The notes: generated by a model from the letters alone, not told the origin. A stretch of DNA of 64,000 nucleotides from Bacillota bacterium (GCA_051744845.1 JBNJDJ010000002.1:8319-72318); one strand, 5' to 3'; counted from the first letter of the stretch, positions 47,940 to 57,842 are shown. Translations and numbers: made by a program.

Positions 47940-48953
47940 ATGAAAAACAGTCACAAAATTACACTAAGTATTTGTATATACGGTTTAATATCTTTAAATA
48001 TCTCATATCTAATTAATGATTTTTACTTTTTAAAATTAATTATTATATTAATTTTAGGATTCTTTTTATCTAAAAAAATTACTAATCCAATTAATAAAGC
48101 TTATAAATCAATGCAAAGACTTATTAAAAAATCATCATTTTTCAAAGAAAACTTGTCAAAACATAGAGATTTATTTTCTTCAAATCAAAATATTTATCAA
48201 TTATCTAAAACTACAGATTTAGTTTATGATGAGATAAAAAATATTGATTTTGATAAATATACAGAAGAATTAGAAAATTATTATGAAAATAGTGCTAAAT
48301 TCATTTCTAAACTTAGCCATGATTTAAGAACTCCTTTAACATTAATAAAAGGATATACTAAAGCAATATCTATAAATAAAGAAAAAAATCTAGATAAGTA
48401 CCTTAAAAATATTGAAAATAGTGTATCAGATATTGAAAATATTATATATAATGAACTAGATTTATCTTTTGATGTTAAATCTAAATATTTTTTAGAAAAA
48501 AAAGAAATCGACTTAAATAATTTTATAAATGAATTAAAAGAAGATTTTAAAGCAGTCGGAGAAAATTTCAATCGTGAAATTATATTTTCCAAAAATAAAA
48601 TCAATGGAAAAGCTTATTTGGACAAGTCTAGCTTGAAAAGAGTTTTTGAAAATATATTAAATAATGCAATTAAATATTCAGACGATTTAATAAAAATAAA
48701 TATTATAAATAAAAATGAATTTTTAAAAATTAGTATTATAGATAAAGGAATAGGTATTTCTGAGATAGATCTTGATAATATTAATAAGATCTTTTATCAA
48801 GGTGGTAATAATAAAAAGGAAGGATATGGCCTTGGCTTATATATATCTAGTTCAATCTTAAAAGCTCATGAATATGATTATAAAATTGATTCGAAAAAAA
48901 ATAAAGGTACTACATTTAGTATCTTTATAAAAAAAACAAAGTCAGAAAATTAA
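47940..48953 (+). CDS. Intramembrane-sensing-type histidine kinase
   Basis: Two TM helices are separated by only about 3 residues. H-box is SHDLRTPL, N-box NILNNAIKYS, G-boxes DKGIGI and GYGLGL. It is divergent from the regulator gene. Confidence 0.8.
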   Translation: MKNSHKITLSICIYGLISLNISYLINDFYFLKLIIILILGFFLSKKITNPINKAYKSMQRLIKKSSFFKENLSKHRDLFSSNQNIYQLSKTTDLVYDEIKNIDFDKYTEELENYYENSAKFISKLSHDLRTPLTLIKGYTKAISINKEKNLDKYLKNIENSVSDIENIIYNELDLSFDVKSKYFLEKKEIDLNNFINELKEDFKAVGENFNREIIFSKNKINGKAYLDKSSLKRVFENILNNAIKYSDDLIKINIINKNEFLKISIIDKGIGISEIDLDNINKIFYQGGNNKKEGYGLGLYISSSILKAHEYDYKIDSKKNKGTTFSIFIKKTKSEN

Positions 48954-48963
48954 CTTTCTGACT

Positions 48964-49215
48964 TTAATTCATATACGTTTTTATATCAAACATATGATAA
49001 TCCATAGGCAAATCATCTGTAACTAACTTACCGTTTACTCCATCAATATTATAATTGGAATTTGCAATATTCAATTTGTATTTTTCATTAGTATCTGAAC
49101 ATTCAATATTTACTAATGAATCTTTTATACTTACTGTTCCTAAAACATTTTTATCTAAATCACTTTCACCATTTAAAACTACACCATTTTCTAAAACTAA
49201 AAAACACTTTTTCAT
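48964..49215 (-). CDS. 83-aa protein resembling the N-terminal domain of carbamoyl-phosphate synthase small subunit (CarA)
   Basis: MKKCFLVLENGVVLNGESDLDKNVLGTVSI resembles the CarA N-terminus (xLVLEDGTxFxGxxxGxxxxxxGExVF), but the rest is shortened and divergent. AAGGAGGA lies 5 nt before the ATG at 49215 (ORF track gives 49242). Confidence 0.45.
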   Translation of the reverse strand: MKKCFLVLENGVVLNGESDLDKNVLGTVSIKDSLVNIECSDTNEKYKLNIANSNYNIDGVNGKLVTDDLPMDYHMFDIKTYMN

Positions 49216-49227
49216 ATATCCTCCTTT

Positions 49228-49261
49228 TGTATATTTTATCAACCTTGTGAATAATTATTCA
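49228..49261. promoter_or_regulatory. Tandem ARG boxes (ArgR/AhrC operator) in the leader of the CarA-N-like ORF
   Basis: TGAATAATTATTCA at 49248-49261 is a perfect match to the TGAAT-wwww-ATTCA core, and flanks also fit the 18-mer consensus. A second, weaker box (TGATAAAATATACA on the minus strand, 3 of 10 core mismatches) lies at 49228-49241, 20 bp centre to centre. Confidence 0.6.
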
Positions 49262-49269
49262 TTTTCTAT

Positions 49270-49297
49270 ATTATAACAGATTATAAAATTATGTCAA
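49270..49297 (-). promoter_or_regulatory. Near-consensus sigmaA promoter of the CarA-N-like ORF
   Basis: On the minus strand: TTGACA (49292-49297), 16-nt spacer, then TGtTATAAT (-10 at 49270-49275). Confidence 0.65.
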
Positions 49298-49332
49298 ATC
49301 CTATTTTTCATTAATTTTGATTATAATTTTTT

Positions 49333-49369
49333 ATAAACAAAAAAATATTAGTCTATTAAACTAATATTT
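49333..49369 (-). terminator. Rho-independent terminator after the IMPase/CysQ-like gene
   Basis: 10-bp stem AAATATTAGT / ACTAATATTT (49343-49352 / 49360-49369), then TTTTTTGTTT on the minus strand. Confidence 0.65.
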
Positions 49370-49380
49370 ATACATTTACT

Positions 49381-50154
49381 TTATATATTATTCAAATCAA
49401 ATTTATTTTCTAAGTCATTAATTATAAAAAAGGATGGATTTATTGGATTATCTTTAGTATAATCAATTTTTTTATTATCCATGGTTAATAGCTTACCACC
49501 TGCTTGAGTAACAATAACTTCCATTGCTGCTGTATCCCATATAGAAGTAGGCCCAAACCTATAATAAGCATCTGAGTCTCCCTTAGCAATTTTACATCCT
49601 TTAAGAGAAGATCCTAATCTATCAATTTTATTAATTTTATTTTTATTTTTTTCAATTAATCTTAATGATTTTTTTCTTTGATGAGATTGACTAATTAACA
49701 AATTAACTTTTTTCTTATTATTAGAAACATTAATTTTTTTTACTTTATTATTTTTCTCAAAATATGCACCTTTTCCTTTTATCGCATAATATAATTCATC
49801 TAACACAGGAGCATATATAATTCCAAATTCTAATTCATTTTTATTTAAAATAGCAATATTTATACTAAATTCACCATTTTTTTTAATAAATTCTTTAGTA
49901 CCATCTATAGGATCTATAATAAATGATTTATTACTATTACTTATTTGATTCTGAGATTCTTCAGAAATAATATTGTAGTCAAAATTATTAGTTAATTTTT
50001 CAACTATAATTTTATTGGCAACTAAATCAGCTTTAGTTACAGGACTGTTATCCTCTTTTTCATAAACTTTAAAAGATTTATTATATATTTTTAAAATTTT
50101 CTTACTAGCTTCAAAAATAGCTTCTTTGCATATTTTTAACTCTTTTTGATACAT
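49381..50154 (-). CDS. Inositol monophosphatase / CysQ-family phosphatase
   Basis: SEES, IIDPIDGTKEF and IWDTAA metal-binding motifs. Confidence 0.75.
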   Translation of the reverse strand: MYQKELKICKEAIFEASKKILKIYNKSFKVYEKEDNSPVTKADLVANKIIVEKLTNNFDYNIISEESQNQISNSNKSFIIDPIDGTKEFIKKNGEFSINIAILNKNELEFGIIYAPVLDELYYAIKGKGAYFEKNNKVKKINVSNNKKKVNLLISQSHQRKKSLRLIEKNKNKINKIDRLGSSLKGCKIAKGDSDAYYRFGPTSIWDTAAMEVIVTQAGGKLLTMDNKKIDYTKDNPINPSFFIINDLENKFDLNNI

Positions 50155-50232
50155 TTAGTCTCCTTTTGTATGTAAGTTTTGTCTTAATACATAAATTTTA
50201 TCACAGTTAAATATTTACTACAAAATTTATAT

Positions 50233-50275
50233 TAAAAAAGAGCAAATACTTATCAAAAGATAAATATTTACTCTT
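50233..50275 (-). terminator. Rho-independent terminator of pyk
   Basis: Minus-strand RNA forms a 14-bp stem AAGAGUAAAUAUUU / AAGUAUUUGCUCUU (two G-U), followed by UUUUUUAAUAU. Confidence 0.75.
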
Positions 50276-50289
50276 AATATTTTTAAAAT

Positions 50290-52047
50290 TTATAGTACTC
50301 TAGTTTTTCCAGCATATACAATTCCTTTTTCAGAATCTAATGTAATTAATGCTCCATCCTTTAAGATATCTGTTGATTCTTTAGCACCAACAATTGCTGG
50401 TTTACCTAAAGAAACACTTACTACAGCAGCATGTGACGTATATCCACTTTCTTCAACAATTAAGCCTGAAGCATTTTCAATATAAGGCATTAATTCTTTG
50501 TCTGTAGAAGAAGTAACTAAAATATCTCCTTTATGGAATTTATCTTTAGCATCTTTTACTGAATCAATTACACAAACATTACCAGTTATAACTTGCTTAC
50601 CTAAACCTGTTCCTTTAGTTAAAATATCTCCTACTAAATGAACTTTCATTAAGTTAGTTGCACCAGCTACTCCAACTGGAACACCAGCAGTAATTACAAC
50701 AAGGTCACCGTGTTTAATATAATCTTTTTCTTTTGATAAAGTAATTGACGTATCAAATATCTCATCAGTTGTAGAAACATCTTTAGTTAATATTGACTCT
50801 ATTCCCCAAACTAAAGACAATTTTCTTCTAACCTCTTGATTTGGAGTAGCAGCTATAATAGGCGCTTTAGGTCTTAATTTAGCTATTTTTTTAGCAGTAA
50901 AACCAGAATCTGTTGCCGTTAAAATAGCAGAAGCTCCTAAGTCTAGCGCTGTTGTACATGTTGCATGTGATACAGCAAATGTAACACCACTTTCTAAAAT
51001 TTCTTTAGTTCTTTCATTTAATAATTTTTCATAATCCATAGAAGATTCAGTATTAATTGCAATTCTTCTCATAGTTGCAACTGACTCAACAGCATAATCT
51101 CCCATAGCAGTTTCTCCTGATAACATAATTGCATCTGTACCATCATAAATTGCATTTGCAACATCAGTAGTTTCAGCTCTAGTAGGTCTTGGATTTCTTA
51201 TCATTGAATCAAGCATTTGAGTTGCAGTAATAACAGGTTTACCTTGAATATTACATTTTTTAATCATCATCTTTTGAGCTATAGGAACTTGTTCTAAAGG
51301 AATTTCAACTCCTAAATCTCCTCTAGCAACCATTAAACCATCACTTACCTCAATGATTTCATCAATATTATCTACACCTTCTTGATTTTCAATTTTAGAA
51401 ATAATATGAATTTCATGAGCATCATTATCTTCTAATACTTTTCTGATTTCTAAAACATCACTAGCTTTTCTAATAAATGAAGCAGCTATATAATCAATAC
51501 CGTTATTTATTCCAAATATTATATCTTTTCTATCTTTTTCTGTTATAGCAGGTAAATTAATACTTACTCCTGGAACATTTACGCCTTTATAATCTTTAAC
51601 AGGTCCATCATTTAATACTGTACATTCGATATCTGAATCAGTAACATTATCTACTACTAATTCTACTAATCCGTCATCAATTAATATAGTATCTCCTTTT
51701 ACCACATCATTAGGTAGACCTTTATAAGATAAAGAACATTTCTCTTTATCTCCTTTACAATCCTCAGAAGTAAATGTAAATTTCTGTCCTTTTTCTAAAT
51801 AAACAACATCTTCTTTAAACTTACCTGTTCTTATTTCAGGACCTTTTGTGTCTAACAAAATAGCTATCGGTTTATCTAGTTCCTGTCTTACTTCTTTAAT
51901 CATTTCAAGTTTTTCTAGTTGTTCCTCATGGTCTCCATGAGAAAAATTCAATCTTGCTACATTTAAACCATTCTTAACTAACTCTGTAAAAACTTCCTTT
52001 TTTTCACTTGCAGGGCCAATTGTACAAACAATCTTAGTTTTTTTCAT
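50290..52047 (-). CDS. pyk: Pyruvate kinase with a C-terminal PEP-utiliser mobile domain
   Basis: NFSHG, TKGPEIR, MVARGDLGVEIP and an extra C-terminal domain with GYTSHAAVV, as in Bacillus/Geobacillus PK. Confidence 0.95.
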   Translation of the reverse strand: MKKTKIVCTIGPASEKKEVFTELVKNGLNVARLNFSHGDHEEQLEKLEMIKEVRQELDKPIAILLDTKGPEIRTGKFKEDVVYLEKGQKFTFTSEDCKGDKEKCSLSYKGLPNDVVKGDTILIDDGLVELVVDNVTDSDIECTVLNDGPVKDYKGVNVPGVSINLPAITEKDRKDIIFGINNGIDYIAASFIRKASDVLEIRKVLEDNDAHEIHIISKIENQEGVDNIDEIIEVSDGLMVARGDLGVEIPLEQVPIAQKMMIKKCNIQGKPVITATQMLDSMIRNPRPTRAETTDVANAIYDGTDAIMLSGETAMGDYAVESVATMRRIAINTESSMDYEKLLNERTKEILESGVTFAVSHATCTTALDLGASAILTATDSGFTAKKIAKLRPKAPIIAATPNQEVRRKLSLVWGIESILTKDVSTTDEIFDTSITLSKEKDYIKHGDLVVITAGVPVGVAGATNLMKVHLVGDILTKGTGLGKQVITGNVCVIDSVKDAKDKFHKGDILVTSSTDKELMPYIENASGLIVEESGYTSHAAVVSVSLGKPAIVGAKESTDILKDGALITLDSEKGIVYAGKTRVL

Positions 52048-52095
52048 TCTCTCTCCTTATCCTTTATTAATAACTTAAAATATTTAAAAACTTAT

Positions 52096-53055
52096 TTAAA
52101 TTGATAAAATTTCTGTTAACTTATATAAATCTCTATCAATATCAGTATTATTTTTTAAAGCATCTTTAAAAGGTAAATCAATTATTTTATTACCTTTTAT
52201 ACCAACAGCTTTACCACTTTGTCCATCCATTAATAAATTTACTGCTTTACTTCCAAATCGCGATGCTAAAATTCTATCTTGTGGAGTAGGAGTTCCACCT
52301 CTTTGTAAATAACCAATAACACTAACTCTAGTTCCAATACCTGTCTTATTTTCTACTTTTTCAGCTAAAGAATAGGGTTCACCAACTCCTTCAGCTAAAA
52401 GTATAATATTGTGTAATTTCCCTCTGTTTTTACCTCTTATTAACTTTTTACATATATCATCTACATTAAAATCAACTTCAGGGATAATTATACTTTCTGC
52501 ACCGCCTGCTAATCCTGCATAAAGTGCAATATCACCACAATCTCTACCCATTACTTCAATTATATTAGCACGTCCATGAGCAGTTGAAGTATCCCTTACA
52601 TTTCCTATAGCATTAACTACTGTAGTCAAAGCTGTATCAAAACCTATTGTATAATCTGTATATGCTAAATCATTGTCAATAGTAGCTGGTATACCTATTA
52701 CTGGAATCCCTTTATCAGCAAGCTTTTTAGCTCCGTTTAATGAACCATCGCCACCTATAACTACTAAACCATCAATATTAAACATATCTAAAATTTCAAT
52801 AGCTCTTTTTACACCTTCTTCAGTTTTGAATTTTTCACATCTAGCTGTTCGTAAAACAGTTCCACCACGATGAATAATATCACCAACTGATGAAACATCC
52901 ATTTCTTCAATATTTCCTTCTAACAGTCCACTATATCCTCTTTGTATTCCTGAAACTTTTAATCCATTATATATAGAAACCCTAACTACTGCTCTTATAG
53001 CTGCATTCATTCCTGGTGCATCTCCACCACTAGTTAAGACACCAATTCTTTTCAT
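52096..53055 (-). CDS. pfkA: ATP-dependent 6-phosphofructokinase
   Basis: [33 protein letters not shown] and MGRDCGD motifs. GGAGGT SD precedes the ATG at 53055 (the ORF-track 53100 extension has none). Confidence 0.95.
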   Translation of the reverse strand: MKRIGVLTSGGDAPGMNAAIRAVVRVSIYNGLKVSGIQRGYSGLLEGNIEEMDVSSVGDIIHRGGTVLRTARCEKFKTEEGVKRAIEILDMFNIDGLVVIGGDGSLNGAKKLADKGIPVIGIPATIDNDLAYTDYTIGFDTALTTVVNAIGNVRDTSTAHGRANIIEVMGRDCGDIALYAGLAGGAESIIIPEVDFNVDDICKKLIRGKNRGKLHNIILLAEGVGEPYSLAEKVENKTGIGTRVSVIGYLQRGGTPTPQDRILASRFGSKAVNLLMDGQSGKAVGIKGNKIIDLPFKDALKNNTDIDRDLYKLTEILSI

Positions 53056-53131
53056 ATTACCTCCAATTTTGACTTTGCTATATTGTAATTTTATAATCAT
53101 TTTAATATTTATTCAACATATTTTTTTGCTT

Positions 53132-56100
53132 TTAGTAATATTTAACATTATTTTTACCAAAAATTTGTTTTAATTGTTTAACAATGCTAAAATCTTTATC
53201 AATTTTATATTTGTTATTTAATATTTTTTTGGTTTTATTTTCTTCAATATAAATTATAACTTTCTTCCCACTTTTACTTTTAAGTTTTTTTAAAATATTT
53301 TTTATTTTTAAAATAGAATCTTTATCATATTTTGATAACTTAATATATAATTTTTTATCCTTGCTATTTTTTTTCATATCTTCAATTAAATCGTCTGTAA
53401 GCTTTTTTAGCTTATTAACGATAATCTTAGGATTATTAGTATTATCATAATTTATCTTTCCTTTTATAATAACAGGATTTTGAGGGTTTAATACATTTTT
53501 GACTCTAGAATATAAACTAGGAAATATAATAAGTTCTTGTTCATTAAAACTATCCTCTATTGTTATAAAAGCCATTTGGTTAGAATTTTTAGTTATTTTT
53601 TTCTTAACATCGGATATCATACCTATTAAAATAACTTTTTTTGAATCATATTTTTCTTCTTTACCTTCAACTTTTTGAACAAATTCTCCTATAGTTTGTA
53701 TATTGAAATCATCCATTTTTTCTCTATATTTAGAAAAAGGGTGACTTGATAAATAAATACCTAACATATCTTTTTCAAATTTTAATAATACAGATTCTTT
53801 TAGTTCTTTTATCTCAGGAATGTTATAGTTAATTATATTATCACTATTCATTTTTTCACTAGTTTGAAATAAAGATACTTGCCCCTTAACATTTTTTCTA
53901 GAATTTTGATGTACACTATCTACTATTTTATCAAAAATAGCTAAAAGTTGTGATCTAAGTAATTTGAATTTATCAAAAGCTCCAGCTTTAATTAAACTCT
54001 CAATTGCTCTTTTATTTAACTCTTTTGACTCAACTCTTTCACAAAAATCAATAAAGCCTTCAAACTCTCTATCTTTTCTTATTTCAACCAAACTATCAAT
54101 TATTCCTTTTCCAACATTTTTTACACCTAAAAGACCATATCTAATATTGCCGTCTTCAACTACAAATTTTTCAAAAGACTTATTTACATCCGGAGGCAAA
54201 ACCTCAATGTCTTTTTCTTTAGCATTTTGAATATATAAAGATAATTTTGTATGATTACCCATCACTGAAGTCATTAAAGCTGCCAAAAACTCTTTAGGAA
54301 AATGTGCTTTAAGATAAGCTGTTTGATAACCTATAAGTGCATACCCTGCAGCATGTGATTTATTAAATGCATATTTTGCAAAATCAACCATATCATCAAA
54401 AACAATATTTGCTATCTTTTCACTAACACCATTTCTTATACATCCTGGTATTTCAATATTACCTTCAGAATCTTTTTTTCCATATATAAAAAACTTTCGT
54501 TCTTTTTGCATAACTTTTATTTTTTTCTTGCCCATAGCTCTTCTTACCAAATCACTTCTACCATAAGAATAACCAGCTAATTTCCTAACTATTTCCATTA
54601 CTTGCTCTTGATATACTAAAATTCCATTTGTAACTTCTAAAATTGGTTTTAATAATGGATGTAAATATTCGATTTTTTCAGGATTGTTTTTATTTTCAAT
54701 ATATTTAGGAATAGATTCCATTGGTCCAGGTCTATACAAAGATATTCCTGCTATAATATCTTCTACACAATTAGGTTTTAGCTTTTGCATAAAACGTCTC
54801 ATACCGCTAGATTCTAATTGGAAGACCCCTAAAGTATCTCCACTTGAGATTAAATCAAAAGTTAATTTATCCTCAAGGTCTAATTTATGAATATTTATAT
54901 TTTTATCATATTTTTGATTTATTAACTCAACAGCATTTTTTATAATAGTTAAATTTCTTAAACCTAAAAAATCCATTTTTAAAAGACCTAACTCTTCTAA
55001 AAGAGTCATATCATATTGAGTAGATATATTCCCATCTTGGACATATAAAGGGACATAACTATCAACACTTTTTTTAGATATTACTACTCCAGCAGCATGT
55101 GTTGAAGCATGCCTAGGAATCCCTTCTAATCTTTTTGCAAATCTAAGCATCTTTTTTACTTCTTTATCTTTTTTATAAAACTCTTGTAATTTTTTATTAT
55201 TTTCTAATTCATATTTTAAAGAATTAGTTCTATTAACTACTTTTGCTATTCTATCAACTTTAGAATAAGAAATATTTAAAACTCTTCCAACATCTCTTAT
55301 TGCTCCTCTTGCAGCCATAGTACCAAAAGTTATAATTTGCGAAACTTTTTCATGTCCATATTTATCTTTTACATAATCAATTACTTCTTGCCTTCTATTA
55401 TCTTCAAAATCAATATCTATATCAGGCATAGTGACTCTTTCAGGATTTAAAAATCTTTCAAAAATAAGTCCATATTTTATAGGATCAACATTTGTTATTT
55501 CTAAAACATAAGAAACTAAAGAACCACCAGCTGAGCCTCTACCAGGCCCTACATATATCCCTTTATTTTTTGCATATTTTATAAAATCCCAGACAATTAA
55601 AAAATAATCTTCATATCCCATTTCATTTATTATATTAAGTTCAAAATTCAATCTTTCTTCTAACTCAGAAGTTATTTCAGAATACCTATTTTTTAAGCCT
55701 TTAAAACATAATTTTTTAAGTTTTTCTTTTGAAGAAACATTTTTAAGAGGATATTTAGGTAAATGCATTTGACTAAAATCAAAATCAAACTGGCATTTAT
55801 TAGATACTTCCATTGTATTTGTTAAACAATTTTGGACATTTTCAAAAATATCATACATTTCATCGTAACTTTTTAAATAAAATTCATCAGTAGGAAATTT
55901 CATTCTATCATTTTCTTGAACTATCTTTCCTGTTTGAATACATAGTAATGCATCATGTACTGTACTATCTTCTTTTTTTAAATAATGAACATCATTAGTA
56001 GCTACTAGTTTAACATCAATATCTTTTGATAATTTGATTAATGATCTATTTACCTTTTTTTGTTTCTTTATCCCGTGGTCTTGAAGTTCTAAATAAAAAT

Positions 56101-56611
56101 CATCTTGAAATATTTTTTTTAATCTTAAAGCAATTTTTTTGGCTTTTTTATAATTATCATTTGATAAACTTTTTTGTATATCCCCAGCTAAGCACGCACT
56201 TAATACAATAAGACCTTCAGAATGTTTTTTGAGTAAATCATAGTCAATTCTAGGTTTATAATAAAATCCCTTTTCATAAGCTGTTGAAACTAATTTAATT
56301 AGATTATTATATCCTTTTTGATTTTTAACAAGTAAAACTAAATGTCCTATTTTTTTATCTTTTACAGGACTTTTATTAGTAAGTTTTCTATTAGCTGTAT
56401 AAACCTCACAACCAATTATAGGCTTTATGCCATTAGCCTTAGCTTTTTTATAAAATTCAACAACTCCAAACATATCTCCATGGTCAGTTATTGCAACCGA
56501 TTTCATACCTAATTTTTTAACCCTATCAAATAACTCATCTAATTTAACAAATCCATCTAATAAACTATATTCAGTATGCAAATGTAGGTGAGCAAATTTT
56601 TTATTCGACAT
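53132..56611 (-). CDS. dnaE: DNA polymerase III alpha subunit (DnaE)
   Basis: PHP domain HLHLHTEYSLLDG, the pol III alpha core and a C-terminal OB fold. GGAGTG lies 3 nt before the ATG at 56611, so the start overlaps the upstream gene by 11 nt. Confidence 0.95.
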   Translation of the reverse strand: MSNKKFAHLHLHTEYSLLDGFVKLDELFDRVKKLGMKSVAITDHGDMFGVVEFYKKAKANGIKPIIGCEVYTANRKLTNKSPVKDKKIGHLVLLVKNQKGYNNLIKLVSTAYEKGFYYKPRIDYDLLKKHSEGLIVLSACLAGDIQKSLSNDNYKKAKKIALRLKKIFQDDFYLELQDHGIKKQKKVNRSLIKLSKDIDVKLVATNDVHYLKKEDSTVHDALLCIQTGKIVQENDRMKFPTDEFYLKSYDEMYDIFENVQNCLTNTMEVSNKCQFDFDFSQMHLPKYPLKNVSSKEKLKKLCFKGLKNRYSEITSELEERLNFELNIINEMGYEDYFLIVWDFIKYAKNKGIYVGPGRGSAGGSLVSYVLEITNVDPIKYGLIFERFLNPERVTMPDIDIDFEDNRRQEVIDYVKDKYGHEKVSQIITFGTMAARGAIRDVGRVLNISYSKVDRIAKVVNRTNSLKYELENNKKLQEFYKKDKEVKKMLRFAKRLEGIPRHASTHAAGVVISKKSVDSYVPLYVQDGNISTQYDMTLLEELGLLKMDFLGLRNLTIIKNAVELINQKYDKNINIHKLDLEDKLTFDLISSGDTLGVFQLESSGMRRFMQKLKPNCVEDIIAGISLYRPGPMESIPKYIENKNNPEKIEYLHPLLKPILEVTNGILVYQEQVMEIVRKLAGYSYGRSDLVRRAMGKKKIKVMQKERKFFIYGKKDSEGNIEIPGCIRNGVSEKIANIVFDDMVDFAKYAFNKSHAAGYALIGYQTAYLKAHFPKEFLAALMTSVMGNHTKLSLYIQNAKEKDIEVLPPDVNKSFEKFVVEDGNIRYGLLGVKNVGKGIIDSLVEIRKDREFEGFIDFCERVESKELNKRAIESLIKAGAFDKFKLLRSQLLAIFDKIVDSVHQNSRKNVKGQVSLFQTSEKMNSDNIINYNIPEIKELKESVLLKFEKDMLGIYLSSHPFSKYREKMDDFNIQTIGEFVQKVEGKEEKYDSKKVILIGMISDVKKKITKNSNQMAFITIEDSFNEQELIIFPSLYSRVKNVLNPQNPVIIKGKINYDNTNNPKIIVNKLKKLTDDLIEDMKKNSKDKKLYIKLSKYDKDSILKIKNILKKLKSKSGKKVIIYIEENKTKKILNNKYKIDKDFSIVKQLKQIFGKNNVKYY

Positions 56612-57833
56612 ATTCACTCCAAAGTTCATAAATTATATCTCTTATTTCAGGCCTTATCTCAGGGACATAAGCTTGATAAAGGTCTTCATTTCTAACTGAA
56701 GTATATTTTACTTTGGCATTTTTTAAGTGACTTAATTCTTTAGTCGGCATTGTCTCAATATTTAAAACTGGTATTTTATCAATATTTATATCTGAGTAAA
56801 AATCACTCTGAGTCTCACCACTTATTAAGTCATTTAATACTACAAATGCGCCTGCTTTATTATCACTCATTTTAGGTATAGTAAAGTAACTTGCAAATCC
56901 AGTCGTACCTTCTTGTATAACAAAACTATTTGAGCTTTTAGGAAAAAGAGTTTTAGCAATTTGTTCAGTTACATGATTATTATCCATAGACATTGAAAAA
57001 ATCAAAGTATCTTTTAAAAATAATTCATCCATTTTTTCAGTACTTTCAATATATTTTTCTCCATCTTTATACAAATATTTATCTAGCTCAATTAAATAAT
57101 CTAATCCAGGTTTTATTTTTTCATATACTTCGTCTTTATTTGCAGATAGTTTATTTATTTCATCGACGTCAACTTTAGAAGAAATCGCTGATAAAATGAA
57201 TGCCATTCCGACTTCATTTTTAGGATGTATATAACTTACTTTTTTTTCATATTCTTTTGCAAAATCCAAAAATTCATCAAATGATTTAGGTGTTTCATAT
57301 ATATCATCTTCATTATGAATAAAAATCAATTGATTTTTAAAAACTGGAACTGCTTGATTTTCAATTTTAATTCCTTCTAAATACTCAGTTATATATTTTT
57401 CACCTTGTAAATTTTTATAGTAATTAGGTAAATTCAAAAGAGTCTTTTGATATAGTAACTCATTATTTTTTAAAGTTTTAAAACCTTTTTGTGAAATAAA
57501 TATTAAATCATATATAGTATTTTCATCTTCTTTTAAATTTTCAATTAAAGAATTTTTTAATTTATCAAAATCTTTAAATGTAAATCTTAAGCTTATATTA
57601 TATCTCAATTTAACATCTTTTGTAAAATCTTTTTTTAACCAACTTATTAACTCTTTTTCATTATCAGTATAATAAACTACATTTACTATTGTTTCGTTAG
57701 AACTATCAACTAATCTATTCCATTGTTTAGTAGTTATCTCACTATTAGGAGTTACTTCTTCTGATTCAGAATTAGAACATCCTATTACTAATATACTAAT
57801 AATTAATATACTTATCAATAATATTTTTTTCAT
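56601..57833 (-). CDS. Orphan extracellular solute-binding lipoprotein (family-1 SBP, YnjB-like by eye)
   Basis: Lipobox LVIGCSN. About 390-aa alpha/beta periplasmic-binding-protein-like sequence. No permease or ATPase genes adjacent. Confidence 0.55.
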   Translation of the reverse strand: MKKILLISILIISILVIGCSNSESEEVTPNSEITTKQWNRLVDSSNETIVNVVYYTDNEKELISWLKKDFTKDVKLRYNISLRFTFKDFDKLKNSLIENLKEDENTIYDLIFISQKGFKTLKNNELLYQKTLLNLPNYYKNLQGEKYITEYLEGIKIENQAVPVFKNQLIFIHNEDDIYETPKSFDEFLDFAKEYEKKVSYIHPKNEVGMAFILSAISSKVDVDEINKLSANKDEVYEKIKPGLDYLIELDKYLYKDGEKYIESTEKMDELFLKDTLIFSMSMDNNHVTEQIAKTLFPKSSNSFVIQEGTTGFASYFTIPKMSDNKAGAFVVLNDLISGETQSDFYSDINIDKIPVLNIETMPTKELSHLKNAKVKYTSVRNEDLYQAYVPEIRPEIRDIIYELWSEYVE

Positions 57834-57842
57834 ATATCCTTT

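Noticed and set aside
46051-48953. Possible vancomycin-resistance (vanRS plus ligase) cluster
   Set aside because: There is no vanH, vanX, vanXY or vanT. The ligase keeps the EAKY omega-loop of D-Ala-D-Ala ligases. The kinase has essentially no extracellular loop, unlike VanS. I kept only the regulatory-linkage observation.
49248-49261. Reading the 14-bp palindrome TGAATAATTATTCA as a Fur/PerR/Zur box
   Set aside because: Fur-family boxes are 7-1-7 (TGATAAT-n-ATTATCA). This site is 5-4-5 and matches the ARG box core exactly, and the downstream ORF is CarA-like.
52096-53100. N-terminal extensions in the ORF track, for example pfkA 53100, asp23 982, murF 24243, the ferritin-like gene 39931, the lipoprotein 12303, dnaE 56629 and the permease 63287
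   Set aside because: In each case a strong SD lies inside the extension at the proper distance from an internal start, and that start reproduces the family-typical N-terminus.
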